From IMG/VR virus record IMGVR_UViG_2728369185_000003: a stretch of DNA of 12,972 bases. One strand, given 5' to 3'. The first letter of the stretch is position 1, and every line of letters starts with the position of its first letter. The notes below the pieces were generated by a model. That model saw only the letters and a program-made list of their open reading frames with translations, was not told where the DNA came from and ran no database searches. This document shows positions 7,077-12,972 of the stretch, piece after piece. Source of the DNA: a virus (taxonomy: Duplodnaviria > Heunggongvirae > Uroviricota > Caudoviricetes). Position numbers and translations under genes: made by a program.

Positions 7077-10000
7077 TCTTGTTATTGACCTGAGTCTGGA
7101 TGCTGTCCGTTTCGATGAGCAGATGAGCCGGGTAAGGCGTCATTTTTCAGGTCTGGATACCGACGCCAGAAAAACCGCCAGTGCTGTTGAACAGGGCCTG
7201 AGCCGCCAGGCGCTGGCTGCACAAAAAGCCGGGATTTCCGTCGGGCAGTATAAAGCGGCCATGCGAACCCTGCCCGCACAGTTTACGGATATCGCCACGC
7301 AGCTTGCCGGTGGTCAGAATCCCTGGTTGATCCTGCTGCAACAGGGCGGTCAGGTGAAGGACTCCTTCGGCGGGATGATCCCCATGTTCAGGGGGCTTGC
7401 CGGTGCGATCACCCTGCCGATGGTCGGGGTCACCTCGCTGGCGGTGGCGACAGGTGCGCTGGCGTACGCCTGGTACCAGGGCGACGCCACGCTTTCAGAA
7501 TTTAATAAAACGCTGGTCCTTTCCGGCAATCAGGCCGGACTGACTGCCGATCGTATGCTGACGCTCTCAAGAGCCGGGCAGGCAGCAGGGCTGACGTTTA
7601 ACCAGGCGAGAGAGTCACTGGCAGCCCTGGTGAATGCCGGTGTGCGTGGTGGTGAACAGTTTGATGCCATCAACCAGAGTGTCGCGCGTTTTGCGTCTGC
7701 ATCCGGTGTGGAGGTGGATAAAGTCGCTGAAGCCTTCGGGAAGCTGACCACTGACCCGACGTCGGGACTGATGGCGATGGCGCGCCAGTTCCGTAACGTG
7801 ACGGCAGAGCAGATTGCGTATGTTGCACAGCTGCAGCGTTCCGGAGACGAGGCCGGGGCATTGCAGGCGGCGAACGATATCGCCACGAAAGGCTTTGATG
7901 AGCAGACCCGTCGCCTGAAAGAAAACATGGGAACACTGGAGACCTGGGCGGATAAAACAGGGAAGGCATTCAAATCGATGTGGGATGCCATTCTGGATAT
8001 CGGTCGTCCGGAATCCTCAGCGGATATGCTCGCCAGTGCGCAGAAGGCATTTGATGAGGCGGATAAAAAATGGCAGTGGTACCAGAGCCGGAGCCAGCGC
8101 CGGGGAAAGACCTCCTCTTTTCGTGCGAACCTTCAGGGGGCATGGGATGACCGGGAAAATGCCCGTCTGGGTCTGGCAGCGGCCACGCTGCAGTCGGATA
8201 TGGAAAAAGCCGGTGAACTGGCGGCAAGGGACAGGGCTGAGCGTGAGTCGTCACAGCTGAAGTATACCGGAGAGGCGCAGAAGGCGTATGAGCGCCTGCA
8301 GACGCCGCTGGATAAATATACCGCCCGTCAGAAAGAGCTGAATAAGGCCCTGAAAGACGGAAAAATCCTGCAGGCGGATTACAACACGCTGATGGCGTCG
8401 GCAAAAAAGGATTATGAATCGACGCTGAAAAAGCCGTCAGGTGTGAAGGTGTCTGCCGGTGAGCGCCAGGAAGACCGGGCGCATGCAGCCCTGCTGGCGC
8501 TTGAAACCGAGCTCAGGACGCTGGAAAAACACAGCGGTGTGAATGAGAAAATCAGCCAGCAGCGCCGGGATTTATGGGAAGCGGAAAGTCAGTATGTGGT
8601 CCTGAAAGAGGCCGCCACGAAACGGCAGTTATCTGAGCAGGAAAAATCCCTGCTGGCTCATGAGAAAGAGACGCTGGAGTACAAACGCCAGCTGGCTGAG
8701 CTGGGAGACAAGATTGAACACCAGAAGCGGCTGAATGAGCTGGCACAGCAGGCGGCGCGGTTTGAACAGCAGCAAAGCGCGAAGCAGGCGGCAATCAGCG
8801 CAAAAGCCCGCGGCCTCACCGACCGTCAGGCGCAGCGGGAGTCGGAAGAGCAGCGCCTTCGTGAGGTGTACGGTGATAATCCGGCTGCGCTGGCGAAGGC
8901 CACATCGGCACTGAAGAACACCTGGTCTGCGGAGGAGCAGCTTCGTGGAAGCTGGATGGCCGGGATGAAGTCCGGCTGGGGAGAGTGGGCGGAAAGTGCG
9001 ACGGACAGTTTTTCGCAGGTTAAAAGTGTGGCCACGCAGACCTTTGACGGTATTGCACAGAATATGGCGGCGATGCTGACCGGCAGCGAACAGAACTGGC
9101 GGGGATTCACCCGTTCCGTGCTGTCCATGATGACAGAAATTCTGCTTAAGCAGGCAATGGTGGGGATTGTCGGGANNNNNNNNNNTCTGGCGCTGAATAA
9201 CGTCATGTCAGAGCAGAAAAAGACCTGGGCGGCTGAAGACCTGCTTCGCGGGAACTGGATGGCAGGCCTGAAGTCCGGCTGGAGTGAGTGGGAAGAGAGT
9301 GCCACGGACAGTATGTCGCAGGTTAAAAGTGCTGCCACGCAGACCTTTGATGGTATTGCGCAGAATATGGCGGCGATGCTGACCGGCAGTGAACAGAACT
9401 GGCGCAGCTTCACCCGTTCCGTGCTGTCCATGATGACAGAAATTCTGCTTAAGCAGGCAATGGTGGGGATTGTCGGGAGTATCGGCAGCGCCATTGGCGG
9501 GGCTGTTGGTGGCGGCGCATCCGCGTCAGGCGGTACAGCCATTCAGGCCGCTGCGGCGAAATTCCATTTTGCAACCGGAGGATTTACGGGAACCGGCGGC
9601 AAATATGAGCCAGCGGGGATTGTTCACCGTGGTGAATTTGTCTTCACAAAGGAGGCAACCAGCCGGATTGGCGTGGGGAATCTCTATCGGCTGATGCGCG
9701 GCTATGCCACCGGTGGTTATGTCGGTACACCGGGCAGTCTGGCTGACAGCCGGTCGCAGGCGTCCGGGACGTTTGAGCAGAATAACCATGTGGTGATTAA
9801 CAACGACGGCACGANNNNNNNNNNAAATCTCTACCGGCTGATGCGCGGCTATGCCACCGGCGGTTATGTCGGTGGCACCGGAAGTCCGGCGCAAATGCGG
9901 CGTTCAGAGGGTATCAGGTTTGAGCAGAACAACAACGTGGTGATTCAGAACGACGGTACGAATGGTCTGCCAGGTCCACAGATGATGAAGGCGGTGTATG

Positions 10001-10080
10001 ACATGGCCCGCAAGGGTGCCCGTGATGAAATCCAGGCACAGATGCGCGATGGTGGTCTGTTCTCCGGAGGTGGACGATGA
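7057..10080 (+). CDS. H: Tail tape measure protein gpH-like; the ORF contains two 10-N runs, each flanked by diverged tandem copies of the same segment
   Basis: 1007-aa apparent ORF, start overlapping the T end. N-terminal and central motifs (VGDLV.DLSLDA.RFDEQM, GISVGQYKAAMR.LPAQFTD.ATQLAGGQ.PWLILLQQGGQVKDSFGGMIPMFRGLAGAITLPMVG, SGNQAGLTADRML, VARF.SASGVEVDKVAEAFGKLTTDPTSGL) and the Gly-rich C-terminal region match lambda H. Apparent length is inflated by about 130 aa of duplicated sequence. Confidence 0.9.
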   Translation: MSQPVGDLVIDLSLDAVRFDEQMSRVRRHFSGLDTDARKTASAVEQGLSRQALAAQKAGISVGQYKAAMRTLPAQFTDIATQLAGGQNPWLILLQQGGQVKDSFGGMIPMFRGLAGAITLPMVGVTSLAVATGALAYAWYQGDATLSEFNKTLVLSGNQAGLTADRMLTLSRAGQAAGLTFNQARESLAALVNAGVRGGEQFDAINQSVARFASASGVEVDKVAEAFGKLTTDPTSGLMAMARQFRNVTAEQIAYVAQLQRSGDEAGALQAANDIATKGFDEQTRRLKENMGTLETWADKTGKAFKSMWDAILDIGRPESSADMLASAQKAFDEADKKWQWYQSRSQRRGKTSSFRANLQGAWDDRENARLGLAAATLQSDMEKAGELAARDRAERESSQLKYTGEAQKAYERLQTPLDKYTARQKELNKALKDGKILQADYNTLMASAKKDYESTLKKPSGVKVSAGERQEDRAHAALLALETELRTLEKHSGVNEKISQQRRDLWEAESQYVVLKEAATKRQLSEQEKSLLAHEKETLEYKRQLAELGDKIEHQKRLNELAQQAARFEQQQSAKQAAISAKARGLTDRQAQRESEEQRLREVYGDNPAALAKATSALKNTWSAEEQLRGSWMAGMKSGWGEWAESATDSFSQVKSVATQTFDGIAQNMAAMLTGSEQNWRGFTRSVLSMMTEILLKQAMVGIVGXXXXLALNNVMSEQKKTWAAEDLLRGNWMAGLKSGWSEWEESATDSMSQVKSAATQTFDGIAQNMAAMLTGSEQNWRSFTRSVLSMMTEILLKQAMVGIVGSIGSAIGGAVGGGASASGGTAIQAAAAKFHFATGGFTGTGGKYEPAGIVHRGEFVFTKEATSRIGVGNLYRLMRGYATGGYVGTPGSLADSRSQASGTFEQNNHVVINNDGTXXXXNLYRLMRGYATGGYVGGTGSPAQMRRSEGIRFEQNNNVVIQNDGTNGLPGPQMMKAVYDMARKGARDEIQAQMRDGGLFSGGGR
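9176..9185. other. 10-N gap inside H at a duplication junction
   Basis: Run of exactly 10 N flanked by diverged copies of the same H segment (about 8884..9175 and 9186..9477). Confidence 0.95.
9815..9824. other. 10-N gap inside H at a second duplication junction
   Basis: Run of exactly 10 N flanked by diverged copies of the same H segment (9679..9814 and 9825..9960). Confidence 0.95.
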
Positions 10081-10406
10081 AAACCTTCCGCTGGAAAGTG
10101 AAACCCGGGATGGATGTGACATCGGCTCCTTCCGTCAGGGAGGTGCGCTTTGGTGATGGCTATTCCCAGCGTGCGCCTGCCGGGCTGAACGCTGACCTGA
10201 AAACGTACAGCGTGACGCTGTCTGTCTCCCGTGAGGAGGCCACGGCGCTGGAGTCGTTTCTGGCTGAGCACGGGGGCTGGAAGGCCTTTCTGTGGACGCC
10301 GCCTTATGGTTACAGGCAGATAAAGGTGACCTGCGCAAAATGGTCGTCGCGGGTCAGTATGCTGCGTGTTGAGTTCAGCGCAGAGTTTGAACAGGTGGTG
10401 AACTGA
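10077..10406 (+). CDS. M: Tail tip protein gpM-like
   Basis: 109-aa ORF with ATGA overlap to H. MKTFRWKVKPGMDV, VRFGDGYSQRAPAGLNA.LKTYSVTLSV.REEAT.LESFL.EHGGWK.FLWTPPY and RQIKVTCAKWSSRVSMLRVEFSAEFEQVVN are near-identical to lambda M as I recall it. Confidence 0.95.
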   Translation: MKTFRWKVKPGMDVTSAPSVREVRFGDGYSQRAPAGLNADLKTYSVTLSVSREEATALESFLAEHGGWKAFLWTPPYGYRQIKVTCAKWSSRVSMLRVEFSAEFEQVVN

Positions 10407-11107
10407 TGCAGGATATCCGGCAGGAAACATTGAATGAATGCACCCGTGCGGAGCAGTCGGCCAGCGTGGTGCTCTGGGAAATCGATCTGACAGAGGTCGG
10501 TGGAGAACGTTATTTTTTCTGTAATGAGCAGAACGAAAAAGGTGAGCCGGTCACCTGGCAGGGGCGACAGTATCAGCCGTATCCCATTCAGGGGAGTAGT
10601 TTTGAACTGAATGGCAAAGGCACCAGTACGCGCCCCACGCTGACGGTTTCTAACCTGTACGGTATGGTCACCGGGATGGTGGAAGATCTGCAGAGTCTGG
10701 TCGGCGGAACGGTGGTCAGGCGTAAGGTTTACGCCCGTTTTCTGGATGCGGTGAACTTCGTCAACGGAAACAGCGACGCCGATCCGGAGCAGGAGGTGAT
10801 CAGCCGCTGGCGCATCGAGCAGTGCAGCGAACTGAGTGCGGTCAGTGCCTCCTTTGTACTGTCCACACCGACGGAAACGGATGGTGCCGTTTTTCCGGGG
10901 CGCATCATGCTGGCTAATACCTGCACCTGGACCTATCGCGGTGATGAGTGCGGTTATCACGGTCCGGCGGTCGCGGATGAATATGATCAGCCGACTTCCG
11001 ATATCACGAAGGATAAATGCAGCAAATGCCTGAGCGGCTGTAAGTTTCGCAATAACGTCGGCAACTNNNNNNNNNNNNNNNNNNNNNNNNNNNNNNNNAT
11101 CCCATGA
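10406..11107 (+). CDS. L: Tail tip protein gpL-like with C-terminal Cys cluster; 3' end obscured by a 32-nt N-run at 11067..11098
   Basis: Start overlaps the M stop (TGATG). The sequence up to the gap is near-identical to my recollection of lambda L (MQDIRQETLNECTRAEQSASVVLWEIDLTEVGGERYFFCNEQNEKGEPVTWQGRQYQPYPIQGS, CTWTYRGDECGY, CSKCLSGCKFRNNVGN). The exact stop is uncertain because of the gap. Confidence 0.88.
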   Translation: MQDIRQETLNECTRAEQSASVVLWEIDLTEVGGERYFFCNEQNEKGEPVTWQGRQYQPYPIQGSSFELNGKGTSTRPTLTVSNLYGMVTGMVEDLQSLVGGTVVRRKVYARFLDAVNFVNGNSDADPEQEVISRWRIEQCSELSAVSASFVLSTPTETDGAVFPGRIMLANTCTWTYRGDECGYHGPAVADEYDQPTSDITKDKCSKCLSGCKFRNNVGNXXXXXXXXXXXIP

Positions 11108-11847
11108 CAGAGACAGAATCAGCGATTCTGGCGCATGCCCGGCGATGTGCGCCAGCGGAGTCGTGCGGCTTCGTGGTGAGAGCGCCGGAGGGGGAAAGAT
11201 ATTTTCCCTGCGTGAATATCTCCGGTGAGCCGGAGGCGTATTTCCGGATGGCTCCGGAGGACTGGCTGCAGGCAGAGATGCAGGGTGAGATTGTGGCGCT
11301 GGTCCACAGTCATCCCGGTGGTCTGCCCTGGCTGAGTGAGGCCGACCGGCGGCTGCAGGTGCAGAGTGATTTGCCGTGGTGGCTGGTCTGCCGGGGGGCG
11401 ATTCATAAGTTCCGCTGTGTGCCGCATCTCACCGGGCGGCGCTTTGAGCACGGGGTGACGGACTGTTACACGCTGTTCCGGGACGCTTACCATCTGGCGG
11501 GGATTGAGATGCCGGACTTTCATCGTGAGGATGACTGGTGGCGTAACGGCCAGAATCTCTATCTTGATAATCTGGAGGCCACAGGGCTGTATCAGGTGCC
11601 GTTGTCAGCGGCGCAGCCGGGCGATGTGCTGCTGTGCTGCTTTGGTTCATCGGTGCCGAATCATGCCGCTATTTACTGTGGTGACGGCGAGCTGCTGCAC
11701 CATATTCCTGAACAACTGAGTAAACGAGAGAGGTATACCGACAAATGGCAGCGACGCACACACTCCCTCTGGCGTCACCGGGCATGGCGCGCATCTGCCT
11801 TTACGGGGATTTACAACGATTTGGCCGCCGCATCGACCTTCGTGTGA
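11104..11847 (+). CDS. K: Tail tip assembly protein gpK-like, two domains: N-terminal JAMM/MPN-type metalloprotease motif and C-terminal NlpC/P60-like cysteine peptidase fold
   Basis: Full ORF is 247 aa from the ATG overlapping the L stop. An internal in-frame ATG at 11248 (GGAGG at 11232..11236) would give 199 aa. HSHPGGLPWLSEAD forms an HxH-x7-S-x2-D JAMM motif; an upstream Glu (AESCG) exists only in the long form. C-terminal Cys (VTDCYTLF) and His (NHAAIY) suit NlpC/P60. The 3' end overlaps I by 103 nt. Confidence 0.85.
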   Translation: MTETESAILAHARRCAPAESCGFVVRAPEGERYFPCVNISGEPEAYFRMAPEDWLQAEMQGEIVALVHSHPGGLPWLSEADRRLQVQSDLPWWLVCRGAIHKFRCVPHLTGRRFEHGVTDCYTLFRDAYHLAGIEMPDFHREDDWWRNGQNLYLDNLEATGLYQVPLSAAQPGDVLLCCFGSSVPNHAAIYCGDGELLHHIPEQLSKRERYTDKWQRRTHSLWRHRAWRASAFTGIYNDLAAASTFV

Positions 11848-12416
11848 AAACGGGGGCTGAAGCCATCCGCGCACTGGCCACACAGCTCCCGGTGTTTCGT
11901 CAGAAACTGAGCGACGGCTGGTATCAGGTACGGATTGCCGGGCGGGACGTCAGCACGTCCGGGTTAACGGCGCAGTTACATGAGACTCTGCCTGATGGCG
12001 CTGTGATTCATATTGTTCCCAGAGTCGCCGGGGCCAAGTCAGGTGGCGTATTCCAGATTGTCCTGGGGGCTGCCGCCATTGCCGGATCATTCTTTACCGC
12101 CGGAGCCACCCTTGCAGCATGGGGGGCAGCCATTGGGGCCGGTGGTATGACCGGCATCCTGTTTTCTCTCGGTGCCAGTATGGTGCTCGGTGGTGTGGCG
12201 CAGATGCTGGCACCGAAAGCCAGAACTCCCCGTACACAGACAACGGATAACGGCAAACAGAACACCTATTTCTCCTCACTGGATAACATGGTTGCCCAGG
12301 GCAATGTTCTGCCGGTTCTGTACGGTGAAATGCGCGTGGGGTCACGCGTGGTTTCTCAGGAGATCAGCACGGCAGACGAAGGGGATGGTGGTCAGGTTGT
12401 GGTGATTGGTCGCTGA
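11745..12416 (+). CDS. I: Tail tip assembly protein gpI-like
   Basis: 223-aa ORF that is, to my recollection, essentially identical to lambda gpI (MAATHTLPLASPGMARICLYGDLQRFGRRIDLRVKTGAEAIRALATQLP). Includes the Gly/Ala-rich hydrophobic stretch GGVFQIVLGAAAIAGSFFTAGATLAAWGAAIGAGGMTGILFSLGASMVLGGVAQMLAP. Confidence 0.95.
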   Translation: MAATHTLPLASPGMARICLYGDLQRFGRRIDLRVKTGAEAIRALATQLPVFRQKLSDGWYQVRIAGRDVSTSGLTAQLHETLPDGAVIHIVPRVAGAKSGGVFQIVLGAAAIAGSFFTAGATLAAWGAAIGAGGMTGILFSLGASMVLGGVAQMLAPKARTPRTQTTDNGKQNTYFSSLDNMVAQGNVLPVLYGEMRVGSRVVSQEISTADEGDGGQVVVIGR

Positions 12417-12434
12417 TGCAAAATGTTTTATGTG

Positions 12435-12461
12435 AAACCGCCTCCGGGCGGTTTTATCGTT
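12435..12461 (+). terminator. Stem-loop with U-rich tail in the I-J intergenic region
   Basis: AAACCGCC (12435..12442), loop TCCG, GGCGGTTT (12447..12454) form a perfect 8-bp stem, followed by TATCGTTTAT. Lies between the I stop (12416) and the J start (12477). Confidence 0.35.
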
Positions 12462-12476
12462 TATGGAGCATGAGGA

Positions 12477-12972
12477 ATGGGTAAAGGCAGCAGTAAGGGG
12501 CATACCCCGCGCGAAGCGAAGGACAACCTGAAATCATCCCAGATGCTGAGCGTGATAGACGCCATCAGCGAAGGGCCGGTTGAAGGTCCGGTGGATGGAT
12601 TAAAAAGCGTGCTGCTGAACAGTACGCCGGTGCTGGACAGTGAGGGGAATACCAATATATTCGGCGTCACGGTGGTGTTCCGGGCCGGTGAGCAGGAGCA
12701 GACTCCGCCGGAGGGATTTGAATCCTCCGGCTCCGAGACGGTGCTCGGTACAGAAGTGAAATATGACACGCCGATCACCCGGACCATCACGTCGGCAAAC
12801 ATTGACCGTCTGCGTTTTACTTTCGGCGTGCAGGCACTGGTGGAAACCACCTCAAAGGGGGACAGGAATCCATCGGAAGTCCGCCTGCTGGTTCAGATTC
12901 AACGTAACGGTGGCTGGGTGACGGAAAAAGACATCACCATTAAGGGCAAAACCACCTCGCAGTATCTGGCCT
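12477..12972 (+). CDS. J: Central tail fibre / host specificity protein gpJ-like, N-terminal portion (3'-partial, runs off the window)
   Basis: ATG at 12477 with GGAG 8 nt upstream. MGKGSSKGHTPREAKDNLKSSQMLSVIDAISEGPVEGPVDGLKSVLLNSTPVLD matches the lambda J N-terminus. The ORF is open to the window end. Confidence 0.92.
   Translation, partial: MGKGSSKGHTPREAKDNLKSSQMLSVIDAISEGPVEGPVDGLKSVLLNSTPVLDSEGNTNIFGVTVVFRAGEQEQTPPEGFESSGSETVLGTEVKYDTPITRTITSANIDRLRFTFGVQALVETTSKGDRNPSEVRLLVQIQRNGGWVTEKDITIKGKTTSQYLA

Noticed and set aside
8826-9542. 238-aa minus-strand ORF inside H containing an internal repeat
   Set aside because: Antisense to the tape measure gene; its internal repeat merely mirrors the H duplication and N-run on the + strand.
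10310-10960. 216-aa minus-strand ORF antisense to L and M, and other minus-strand ORFs in K/I (11119..11523, 11647..11883, 12008..12345)
   Set aside because: Antisense to genes that are near-identical to lambda tail tip genes; no RBS or motif support.
1-12972. Search for moron or accessory cargo, defence systems, CRISPR repeats, tRNA or integrase
   Set aside because: All intergenic spaces are 60 nt or less and the genes are translationally coupled. No direct-repeat arrays, no tRNA-like cloverleaf candidates and no non-structural ORFs were found. The window appears to be purely the structural late operon.

Overview
This window is a contiguous lambda-like (siphovirus, Lambdavirus-type) late morphogenesis module on the + strand, almost certainly part of an enterobacterial prophage or phage genome. 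Gene order follows phage lambda: portal B (3' part), head protease/scaffold C with nested Nu3, decoration protein D, major capsid E, FI, FII, Z, U, major tail V, chaperones G and G-T (with the canonical -1 slippery heptamer), tape measure H, tail tip M, L, K, I, and the 5' part of J. Genes are tightly packed with overlapping stop/start codons, and there is no intergenic space large enough for moron or accessory cargo. I see no CRISPR array, tRNA, rRNA, integrase or defence-system gene. The sequence carries six N-runs (120, 128, 10, 10, 10 and 32 nt). The two 10-N runs inside H are each flanked by diverged tandem copies of the same H segment, and reading frame is not preserved across the two long gaps, so the window looks like a scaffold or chimera of more than one lambdoid allele. 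My honest conclusion is that this is a well-characterised structural operon, not an undescribed system; the points worth a second look are the H duplications, a triplicated scaffold motif in C/Nu3, a non-lambda FI C-terminal domain and the 5' extension of K. All homology statements rest on my recollection of lambda protein sequences and gene order, not on a database search.
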